13,902 nucleotides of DNA, taken from the IMG/VR virus record IMGVR_UViG_2718218136_000009, positions 1 through 13,902 of that record. One strand, 5' to 3'. Source of the DNA: a virus (lineage: Duplodnaviria; Heunggongvirae; Uroviricota; Caudoviricetes). The notes below the pieces were generated by a model that was given only the letters and a program-made list of their open reading frames with translations, was not told where the DNA came from and did no database searches. This document shows positions 7,025-13,902 of this stretch, piece after piece. Numbering within the stretch: the stretch's first letter is position 1; every line of letters starts with the position of its first letter. The position numbers and the translations under genes are program-made.

Positions 7025-7050
7025 TTGTTCGTGGTTGTTCCAGGTTGTTC
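7025..7050. repeat. Three TTGTTC repeats at exact 10-bp phasing upstream of the capsid operon (reverse complement of the int-alpA GAACAA repeats)
   Basis: TTGTTC at 7025-7030, 7035-7040 and 7045-7050. The reverse complement cGAACAAcctgGAACAAccacGAACAA closely matches 1285-1313 (cGAACAAcggcGAACAAtctgGAACAA). Tandem TTTTTTTCAGGT repeats sit just upstream at 6987-7012. Confidence 0.7.
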
Positions 7051-7244
7051 GGTGATTCTGGCTGATGTTTACATACTGATTTTTATGTATATGTTGGCGT
7101 GTGGCACTCAGACGTGAGCCGCCACAATGCCGCCTGACCCCCTGCGCGATGCCGGGTTGATCTGCGAGATGCCGAGAGTGTCGGGCGGCGCTCCCTCCGT
7201 GTTGGTTTCACGTCCTGAATCTTAACCAATACGAGAAAACCTTC

Positions 7245-8414
7245 ATGAAGAAATTAATCGAACTCCGCCAGCAAAAAACCGCCCTGAAAAACCAGATGCG
7301 ATCCCTGCTGGAAAAAGCCGACAGTGAAAACCGCAGCCTGAACGATGACGAGGGCAAACAGTTTGATGAACTGCGTGCAAAAGCCGATTCCCTCGACACA
7401 GAAATTTCCCGCCTCGAGTCTGTGGCTGATGAAGAACGCAGCAAGCCAGGAACGGGCATCCAGAAATTATCATCTGATGAATTGCGTAACTATATCGTAA
7501 CCGGAGATGTGCGATCACTGTCCACCAGCACTGACAGCGGCAGGGATGGCGGATATACCGTAATTCCTGAGCTTGATCGCGAAGTCATGCGCCAGCTACA
7601 GGATGACAGTGTTATGCGCGTGATCGCGACCGTGAAGACCGCAAAATCAAATGAGTTTCAGAAACTGGTTTCCACTGGCGGCGCAACTGTAGGAAGAGGC
7701 ACAGAAGGCAGCGCGCGCAGCGAAACCAACACCCCGAAAATTGAACGCGTAACCATCAAGCTGAATCCGATCTACGCCTACCCGAAAACCACGCAGGAAA
7801 TCCTGGATTTTTCAGAGGTGGATATTCTGGGCTGGTTATCCTCCGAAATTGCCGACACGTTCGCCAGCACCGAAGAGGATGATTTTGTTAATGGCGACGG
7901 TAACGGCAAGCCGAAAGGATTCATGGCTTACACCCGTGCGGCGACCAGTGACAAAACCCGCGCTTTTGGCACCATTGAAAAAATGGTAGCGGCAAGTGGA
8001 ACCGCCATTACAGCGGACGAACTGATCGACATTCTCTACAAGCTGAAAGCGAAATACCGCAAAAATGCCGTCTGGGTGATGAACTCGGGCACGGCAGGGA
8101 CACTACAGAAGCTGAAAAATGAGAACGGCGATTATATCTGGCGCGACAGCCTTAAAGAAGGTGCGCCGGATATGTTGCTTGGTCGTCCTGTTTACTGCCT
8201 GGAGTCCATGCCGGACATCGGCGCAGGAAAAGCACCGCTAGCGGTTGGCGATTTCAGTCGTGGTTATTTCATCGTTGATCATGTAACAGGGATTCGCACC
8301 CGACCGGACAACATTACTGAACCCGGATTCTACAAGGTCCACACGGATAAATATCTGGGCGGTGGTGTGGTGGATTCAAACGCCATCAAAATTCTGGAAA
8401 TGAAAGCTGGCTAG
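7245..8414 (+). CDS. Phage major capsid protein, HK97 family
   Basis: 389 aa. N-terminal coiled-coil delta-domain-like region (MKKLIELRQQKTALKNQMRSLLEKADSE...LRAKADSLDTEISRLE) followed by a capsid-fold-sized body. Immediately upstream of the prohead protease and portal genes. Confidence 0.85.
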   Translation: MKKLIELRQQKTALKNQMRSLLEKADSENRSLNDDEGKQFDELRAKADSLDTEISRLESVADEERSKPGTGIQKLSSDELRNYIVTGDVRSLSTSTDSGRDGGYTVIPELDREVMRQLQDDSVMRVIATVKTAKSNEFQKLVSTGGATVGRGTEGSARSETNTPKIERVTIKLNPIYAYPKTTQEILDFSEVDILGWLSSEIADTFASTEEDDFVNGDGNGKPKGFMAYTRAATSDKTRAFGTIEKMVAASGTAITADELIDILYKLKAKYRKNAVWVMNSGTAGTLQKLKNENGDYIWRDSLKEGAPDMLLGRPVYCLESMPDIGAGKAPLAVGDFSRGYFIVDHVTGIRTRPDNITEPGFYKVHTDKYLGGGVVDSNAIKILEMKAG

Positions 8415-8426
8415 TCATGAGTAAGG

Positions 8427-8448
8427 AGGAGGCTGCGGCCTCCTTTTT
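8427..8448 (+). terminator. Rho-independent terminator or attenuator directly after the major capsid gene
   Basis: Stem AGGAGGC (8427-8433) / GCCTCCT (8438-8444), loop TGCG, then a T-run to 8448. Lies between the capsid stop (8414) and the protease start (8469). Confidence 0.6.
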
Positions 8449-8468
8449 CAGCTTTATGGAGTACACCG

Positions 8469-9029
8469 ATGAAAAACACCGATTTTGAAATCCGCACATC
8501 TGAACTGACCGCCAGCGATAAAAAACTGGTGGGTTATGCCGTTCGCTGGAACAGCCTTTCAGAAATTATCTGGGACGAATTCCGCGAACAGTTCACGCCG
8601 GGGGCTTTTGCTGACTATCTGGCGGCGGGTAATGATGTGCGCTGCCTGTATGAGCATGACTATACCCAACTGCTGGGGCGCACCAAATCCGGCACTCTGG
8701 TACTGACTGAGGATAACACCGGGTTACGTTTTGAGCTGACACCGCCGGATACCCAGCTTGGAAAAGATGTGCTTACGCTGGTGGAGCGTGGCGACATTAC
8801 AGGAATGAGCTTTGGTTTTCGCGCATTATGCGAGGAGTGGAGTATCGCGCAAAAACCGTATTTGCGTACCGTAACTGCCGCAGAACTCCGTGAAATCACG
8901 ATAACGTCGATGCCTGCTTATCCCGAATCCGGCGTGGAGATTGCCCACCGTTCGTTGTTTGCACAGCACCCTGAATTACGCCCGGCAGGAAATAATCGTC
9001 ATCGCTGGGCTGAACTGGCGGGGTTGTGA
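8469..9029 (+). CDS. Prohead maturation protease, HK97 family
   Basis: 186 aa. Motifs typical of HK97-type prohead proteases: GYAVRWNSLSE, FTPGAF, CLYEHD...LLGRTKSGTLVL, RGDITGMSFGF. SD GGAG seven nt upstream. Confidence 0.85.
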   Translation: MKNTDFEIRTSELTASDKKLVGYAVRWNSLSEIIWDEFREQFTPGAFADYLAAGNDVRCLYEHDYTQLLGRTKSGTLVLTEDNTGLRFELTPPDTQLGKDVLTLVERGDITGMSFGFRALCEEWSIAQKPYLRTVTAAELREITITSMPAYPESGVEIAHRSLFAQHPELRPAGNNRHRWAELAGL

Positions 9030-9030
9030 T

Positions 9031-10254
9031 ATGTGGTGGCCTTTTAGTCGTAAAAAAAGCGAGCTGCGTAACCTGTCCATTGATGATTTTCTGGCGCTGT
9101 CCGGCGTACCGAATACCGGAGCCGGAGAATATGTTTCTGCCGGGACGGCTGAATCATTGCCTGCTGTGATGAACGCGGTTTCTGTCATCGCTGAGGCGGT
9201 GGCCACGATGCCGTGTTATCTGTATCTGGTACGTAATGACAAGGGCAGGGAGGCGCGGGAATGGCTGGACAGTCACCCGGTCGATATTCTGCTGAATGAG
9301 CAGCCTAATTCGTGCCAGACACCTTACCAGTTTAAACGCACAATGATGCGTCACTGCCTGCTGAACGGTAACGCCTATGCGGTTATTGAGTGGGGGCGGG
9401 ACGGTCAGCCAAAATCACTTCATCCTTATGCGCCGGGGTGTGTTGTACCGGAACGCACAGGCGCACACAAATACCGCTATACCATCACCGAACCCTATAC
9501 AGGAACGGTGCGCACGTATTTACAGGAAGAAGTTCTGCATCTCCGCTATGCCTCGGATGATGGCTTTCTGGGGCGCTCCCCTGTCACGATTTGCCGTGAG
9601 GCACTTGGGCTTGGCCTTGCTCAACAGCGCCACGGAGCCAGCATTATGAAAGATGGCATGATGGCGGCAGGGATTATCACGTCAGGCGAATGGCTGGACG
9701 GCGTGAAAGGTAAACAGGCATTGGATGCTCTGGAACGCTACAAGGGGGCGAAAAATGCCGGAAAAACGCCAATCCTTGAAGGGGGCATGGATTACAAGCA
9801 ACTGGGAATGAGTAACCAGGATGCGGAATGGCTGGCCTCCCGTCGCTTCTCCATTGAAGACATTGCCCGTATGTTCAACGTATCGCCTATTTTTCTGCAG
9901 GAATACAGCAATAGCACCTACAGCAATTTCAGCGAGGCAAGCCGCGCGTTTCTGACCATGACAATGCGCCCATGGCTGGCGAACTTCGAACAGCAAATCA
10001 AGGCTGCTTTGCTGGTGGCTTCTCCCGTACCTGGTACCCGTTATCTGGTTGAGTTTGATTCAGCCGATTTACTGCGCGCCACACCTACCGAACGTTACGC
10101 CACGTATGAGAAAGGAATTAAGAACGGGATCATGAATCCGAACGAAGCCCGTGAGCGTGAGGGAATGCCGCCGCGTGAAGGTGGCGACGAGTTCAGCCAG
10201 GCATGGAAGCAGGAAGTGACAATCAGCAAGAACAGTAAGGGCGGTGACGAATGA
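9031..10254 (+). CDS. Phage portal protein, HK97 family
   Basis: 407 aa from ATG 9031, two nt after the protease stop. N-terminus MWWPFSRKKS...LSIDDFLAL and body (NAVSVIAEAVATMP, PILEGGMDYKQLGMSNQDAEWL, FSIEDIARMFNVSP) fit the portal pattern. The six-frame ORF beginning at 8941 is an upstream read-through of the frame. Confidence 0.85.
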   Translation: MWWPFSRKKSELRNLSIDDFLALSGVPNTGAGEYVSAGTAESLPAVMNAVSVIAEAVATMPCYLYLVRNDKGREAREWLDSHPVDILLNEQPNSCQTPYQFKRTMMRHCLLNGNAYAVIEWGRDGQPKSLHPYAPGCVVPERTGAHKYRYTITEPYTGTVRTYLQEEVLHLRYASDDGFLGRSPVTICREALGLGLAQQRHGASIMKDGMMAAGIITSGEWLDGVKGKQALDALERYKGAKNAGKTPILEGGMDYKQLGMSNQDAEWLASRRFSIEDIARMFNVSPIFLQEYSNSTYSNFSEASRAFLTMTMRPWLANFEQQIKAALLVASPVPGTRYLVEFDSADLLRATPTERYATYEKGIKNGIMNPNEAREREGMPPREGGDEFSQAWKQEVTISKNSKGGDE

Positions 10255-10589
10255 TAGCCGGAAATATGCGGGACCGGGTGACGATTATGACATTTACCAC
10301 ACAGCGCCTGCCGTCAGGTGCGATCCAGCAGATATGGACGGAAGGGGAAACCATCTGGGCAGAGGTCAAGGGGATCAGCGGACGGGAATTACTGACCGCA
10401 GGCGCAGAAACCGCACCTGCAACGATTCGGGTATGGGTTCGCTATCGTGGCGACATATCCGCCGCCAGTCGCCTGAAAGTGCTTACCGGCGCTTTTGCCG
10501 GGAGCACGCTTAATATCATCGGGATCCCCTTACCTGATGCGAAAAGAACCCGGCTGGAAATTCTGGCAAAGGTGGGTACAGAAAAATGA
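10251..10589 (+). CDS. Head closure / head-tail adaptor protein (gp16-like)
   Basis: 112 aa. N-terminal MRDRVTI motif and W...VKGISGRE pattern typical of head-tail joining proteins. Start overlaps the portal stop (ATGA). Confidence 0.65.
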   Translation: MIAGNMRDRVTIMTFTTQRLPSGAIQQIWTEGETIWAEVKGISGRELLTAGAETAPATIRVWVRYRGDISAASRLKVLTGAFAGSTLNIIGIPLPDAKRTRLEILAKVGTEK

Positions 10590-10882
10590 CAGCAGAAAAA
10601 ATAACCCTGGAAGAGGCCAAACTTCACTGCCGCATAGATGGTAACACAGAAGACACACTGATTCAGGCATACATAAGCGCGGCGCTGGAGGTATGCCAGA
10701 AGCATATTGGCAGGCGTTTTGATGACGGCCTGGAATTTACCCCTGCAATAAAAATTGGTTGCCTGATGTACATCTCGCAACTGTACGAGTACCGGACAAC
10801 GCTTGGCGATACCGATACAAAAGAAATTCCCCTGACGATTTCCGCGCTCTGGTCGGTTTATCGTGATGTGGGGGTGTACTGA
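10586..10882 (+). CDS. gp6-like head-tail connector protein
   Basis: 98 aa. ITLEEAKLHCRIDGNTEDTLIQAYISAA is typical of the gp6-like connector family. Start overlaps the upstream stop. SD AAGGTGGG upstream. Confidence 0.65.
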   Translation: MTAEKITLEEAKLHCRIDGNTEDTLIQAYISAALEVCQKHIGRRFDDGLEFTPAIKIGCLMYISQLYEYRTTLGDTDTKEIPLTISALWSVYRDVGVY

Positions 10883-11322
10883 TGCCATGGCAACCATTAA
10901 GGCGATGCACTGAGCCGGGCTGTAATAAGCGCGTGAAGTCCGGCAAGTGTGAAGAGCACAGGCGGGCTGCATGGCGTGCAGAGGATGCCAGACGGGGACA
11001 CCGCCGCGCACGTGGGTATTCCCGACTGTGGGACAAATACCGCGCCATGTACCTGAAAAAAAATCCGTTATGCGTGCGTTGTCTGGCTAAGGGTATTTAT
11101 ACGCCAGCTCTTGTGGTGGATCACATCATTCCCATCAATGGCGGCGGTGATGTTCTCTTCTGGCCTGAGTGGAACCACCAGGCATTGTGCCAGACGTGCC
11201 ACAACCGTAAGACGACACGGGAAGATCCAGCCACGAAAGCGAACCGTAAGGCGGGCATGTATCGCGAGCAGGAAGAACGGGCGGCACATCGTAACGACTG
11301 GATGTATGGCGATGATGACTGA
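10882..11322 (+). CDS. HNH endonuclease, phage packaging-associated
   Basis: 146 aa. Cys pairs (CTEPGC...CEEH; CVRC) and HNH core VVDHIIPINGGGD...NHQALCQTCHNRKT. ATG overlaps the upstream stop by 1 nt (TGATG). Sits directly upstream of TerS and TerL. Confidence 0.85.
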   Translation: MPWQPLRRCTEPGCNKRVKSGKCEEHRRAAWRAEDARRGHRRARGYSRLWDKYRAMYLKKNPLCVRCLAKGIYTPALVVDHIIPINGGGDVLFWPEWNHQALCQTCHNRKTTREDPATKANRKAGMYREQEERAAHRNDWMYGDDD

Positions 11323-11491
11323 ACAGGAGCAAAACAGGCTGATACGTGGACTGATAAGGCAGCGTGACTTATGGAAGACACAGGAGACAGGGCACAAAGC
11401 CAACAGGACAGAGCGCACAGAACGCACCACAGCGAAGCGATTAACCGACCGTGACCGCGAGGTCATGGAATGTTTTCGCAATCGCTGGTGA
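11306..11491 (+). CDS. Possible small ORF (61 aa) overlapping the HNH 3' end
   Basis: ATG 11306 in the +1 frame relative to HNH (MAMMTEQEQNRLIRGL...). No clear SD and no family recognised. May be non-coding. Confidence 0.25.
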   Translation: MAMMTEQEQNRLIRGLIRQRDLWKTQETGHKANRTERTERTTAKRLTDRDREVMECFRNRW

Positions 11492-11610
11492 GGCCGTCAG
11501 AGGGGGTGGGGGAGGTTTTCAGGACGAAACCGCCCCTGCCGGACACCGACCGCCTCCTCAAATTTTTGTGCACGGGAATTTTTTTGAAAATAATTGGGCG
11601 AAAAAAGAAC

Positions 11611-11967
11611 ATGGCAAGACCACCAAAAGCCCCCGCTTACCTGGATGAAATCGCGGTCAGGCAGTGGAAGGAAAAATCGCGCCAGCTTTCCGGGCGGGAA
11701 GACCTTACCCCCGCCGACTGGAGCAATCTGGAACTGTATTGTGTTAACTACTCCATATACCGCAAAGCCGTCGAAGACCTTGCGACGCGCGGGTTCAGCA
11801 TTGTTAACAGTCAGGGCAGCGAGAGCAGAAACCCCGCCCTGAGCGCAAAGGCTGACGCGGAAAGAATAATGATCAAAATGGCTTCTTTGCTGGGTTTTGA
11901 CCCGGTAAGCCGCCGCAGAAATCCACCGGAAACAGAGGAAGAGGACGAGCTTGACCGCCTGGCATGA
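11611..11967 (+). CDS. terS: Terminase small subunit (P27-family-like)
   Basis: 118 aa from ATG 11611: MARPPKAPAYLDEIAVRQWKE...LELYCVNYSIYRKAVEDL...NPALSAKADAERIMIKMASLLGFDPVSRRR, a pattern typical of P27-family TerS. The extension from ATG 11470 is low-complexity and not credited. Confidence 0.8.
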   Translation: MARPPKAPAYLDEIAVRQWKEKSRQLSGREDLTPADWSNLELYCVNYSIYRKAVEDLATRGFSIVNSQGSESRNPALSAKADAERIMIKMASLLGFDPVSRRRNPPETEEEDELDRLA

Positions 11968-13612
11968 GTACGCAGAAGGCGTAAAAAACGGCAAAATTAC
12001 GGCCTGTAAACGACTGAAACAGGCCGTTAAACGGTATTTTTATGACCTTGAAAACCCCCTTTACACGTTCGAACCGGAGGTCGTGGAGCGGTTTATTGCC
12101 TTTTCCAGGGTGTGTCCGCACGTAAAAGGCGCAATGCGTGGTAGCCCCATTGAGCTGGAGCCGTGGCAGCAGTTCGCCTTTGCGTGCATCCTGGGCTTTA
12201 AGGTTAAGGCCACCGGACGGCGCAAATACACCAGCGCATTCATTGAAGTACCGCGAAAAAATGCCAAATCCACGGTCGCCGCTATCCTGGCTAACTGGTT
12301 TCTGGTTATGGAAAACGGGCAGCAGGATATTTACACCGCCGCCGTGAGTCGTGATCAGGCGCGGATCGTGTTTGATGATGCGCGTCAGATGTGCCTTTTA
12401 TCCCGACCGTTACGAAAGCGGGTAAATATTCAGGCACACAAGGTGATACACCCGAAAACCAACAGCCTGTTAAAGCCACTGGCAGCAAAAGCGGCAACCA
12501 TTGAAGGTACAAACCCGAGTCTTGCCATTGTAGATGAATATCACCTGCACCCTGACAACGGGGTTTATTCCGCGCTTGAACTGGGAATGGGGGCGCGTCC
12601 GGAGGGGTTATTATTTGCCATCACCACATCGGGGAGCAACGTTGTTTCAGCCTGTAAACAACACTACGACTATTGCTGCCAGATACTGGATGGTGAAGAG
12701 GTGAACGAATCCATGTTCGTACTGATTTACGAGCTGGATGATGAAAGCGAGGTTGACGATCCGGCGATGTGGATAAAGGCGAATCCCAATATCGATGTTT
12801 CCGTCGATCGTGAAAAACTGGCCTCAACCATCCAGAAAGCGCGGGGTATTCCGTCGCAGTGGGTGGAAATGCTCACCAAGCGATTCAATATCTGGTGTCA
12901 GGGGGCTACGCCGTGGATGGGTAACGGTGCATGGGCGGAGTGCGCCGGAACGTTCACGGAGGCGGATTTATACGGGCAGGAGTGCTACGCGGGGCTGGAC
13001 TTATCATCAACCAGCGATATTTCCAGCGTGTGCTATGCCTTTCCGGTCGGTAAAAAGATTATGCTGGTTTCCCGTCACTATCTGCCGGAATTTCAGCTAC
13101 AGAACCCCGCCAATAAAAACCGCGCCATCTATCGCCAGTGGGTAAAGGCGGGCTGGATACGCACAACACCGGGTGACTGCATTGATTATGACCGTATCCG
13201 TGATGACATCATGGCGGATGCAGAGAATTTCAATATCAGGCTGGTGGGCTTCGATACATGGAACGCCACGCACCTGAGGACGCAGCTACAGGGCGCAGGA
13301 TTTGAGGTGGAGCCGTTCCCGCAAACATACCTTCGTTTCAGTCCGGCGGCGAAATCGTTCGAGGTTTTTGTTAACCGGAAGGTGATTGTGCATCGTGGTG
13401 ATCCGGTGCTGGCCTGGTCAATGAGTAATGTTGTGATGCAGAGTGACGCGAACGCCAATATCAAGCCGAACAAGAAAAAATCATCCAACAAGATAGACCC
13501 GAGCGTTGCGGCGCTGATGGCGTTTGGCACATTCCAGTCAGAGCATGAAGAATTTGCATTTGATATGAGTGACAGCCACAAAGAGCGGCTTGCGGCGTTT
13601 GATGGGGTATGA
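11951..13612 (+). CDS. terL: Terminase large subunit (Terminase_1-like ATPase-nuclease)
   Basis: 553 aa. First in-frame start is TTG 11951, preceded by SD GAGGAAGAGGA. Overlaps terS by 17 nt. Conserved N-terminus (AEGVKNGKITACKRLKQAVKRYFYDLEN), Walker A VPRKNAKST, Walker B LAIVDEYH. Confidence 0.9.
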   Translation: MTAWHEYAEGVKNGKITACKRLKQAVKRYFYDLENPLYTFEPEVVERFIAFSRVCPHVKGAMRGSPIELEPWQQFAFACILGFKVKATGRRKYTSAFIEVPRKNAKSTVAAILANWFLVMENGQQDIYTAAVSRDQARIVFDDARQMCLLSRPLRKRVNIQAHKVIHPKTNSLLKPLAAKAATIEGTNPSLAIVDEYHLHPDNGVYSALELGMGARPEGLLFAITTSGSNVVSACKQHYDYCCQILDGEEVNESMFVLIYELDDESEVDDPAMWIKANPNIDVSVDREKLASTIQKARGIPSQWVEMLTKRFNIWCQGATPWMGNGAWAECAGTFTEADLYGQECYAGLDLSSTSDISSVCYAFPVGKKIMLVSRHYLPEFQLQNPANKNRAIYRQWVKAGWIRTTPGDCIDYDRIRDDIMADAENFNIRLVGFDTWNATHLRTQLQGAGFEVEPFPQTYLRFSPAAKSFEVFVNRKVIVHRGDPVLAWSMSNVVMQSDANANIKPNKKKSSNKIDPSVAALMAFGTFQSEHEEFAFDMSDSHKERLAAFDGV

Positions 13613-13902
13613 CGAGAATGAGCGAAACCGAACTACTAAAAATAATCCGCCGCATTACCGGAATCAGCCAGGCAGCAGGCAAACAGGAGGCCACGCAGCC
13701 GGACAGCGTGATAGCCGAAAATTACGCGCGTGTGGTGGCTGAGGTGATGCGCCGTGATGGTATAGAGCTTAACGGCGTGGATATGCGCGACATACGAATC
13801 AGAGTTCTGGAGTTGTTGTCATATCGTCGCCGCGTGGAGATGTACCGGGAGAAAGAAAAAATTACTTACCACTGGAAGAAGCCGGAACGGTTACGGCGGT
13901 AA
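13609..13902 (+). CDS. Hypothetical protein (97 aa), last gene of the late operon
   Basis: Start overlaps the terL stop (ATGA); ATG 13618 is an alternative. No family recognised. Basic C-terminus. Confidence 0.45.
   Translation: MTRMSETELLKIIRRITGISQAAGKQEATQPDSVIAENYARVVAEVMRRDGIELNGVDMRDIRIRVLELLSYRRRVEMYREKEKITYHWKKPERLRR

Larger units (their letters stand above)
1..13902 (+). mobile_element. Integrative phage-satellite-like element (capsid-forming PICI-like): int-alpA, Rep plus iteron ori, HK97-type head and terminase module, no tail genes
   Basis: Gene content and order read from the ORFs below. The window opens at the int start codon and closes at the stop of the last ORF. Boundaries (att sites) lie outside the window and were not seen. 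Confidence 0.7.

Noticed and set aside
8941-9030. Upstream start for the portal gene (MPTVRCLH...)
   Set aside because: It would overlap the last 89 nt of the protease gene. ATG 9031 sits two nt after the protease stop with an SD, and begins the conserved portal N-terminus.
10442-11011. Minus-strand ORF of 189 aa
   Set aside because: It is antisense to the head closure, connector and HNH genes, which have clear family motifs. Treated as a shadow ORF.
11470-11610. Upstream start for terS at ATG 11470
   Set aside because: The added 47 residues are low-complexity and cover the G-rich/C-rich intergenic segment. The conserved TerS N-terminus begins at ATG 11611.

Overview
The window reads as one compact mobile element, almost entirely on the + strand, and looks like a tail-less phage satellite of the capsid-forming PICI type. 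All calls rest on reading the sequence and recalled family motifs; no database search was run. Left end: a tyrosine integrase (1-1230) and an AlpA-type regulator (1598-1786), separated by six 10-bp-phased GAACAA repeats. A single minus-strand gene, a 59-aa ribbon-helix-helix-like protein (2339-2518), faces a divergent promoter region carrying three copies of an 11-bp operator-like motif. An early operon follows: five small ORFs, a RecA-like Rep ATPase (3881-5287) followed immediately by about 11 AGTGGG iterons (candidate ori), an SSB and a ProQ/FinO-domain protein. A late operon (7245-13902) encodes a full HK97-type head and packaging set (major capsid, prohead protease, portal, head closure, gp6-like connector, HNH endonuclease, TerS, TerL) but no tail, baseplate or lysis genes. 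Three TTGTTC repeats at 10-bp phasing sit upstream of the capsid gene, matching the int-alpA repeats in inverse orientation. No tRNA, rRNA or CRISPR array was seen. att sites are not identifiable inside the window.
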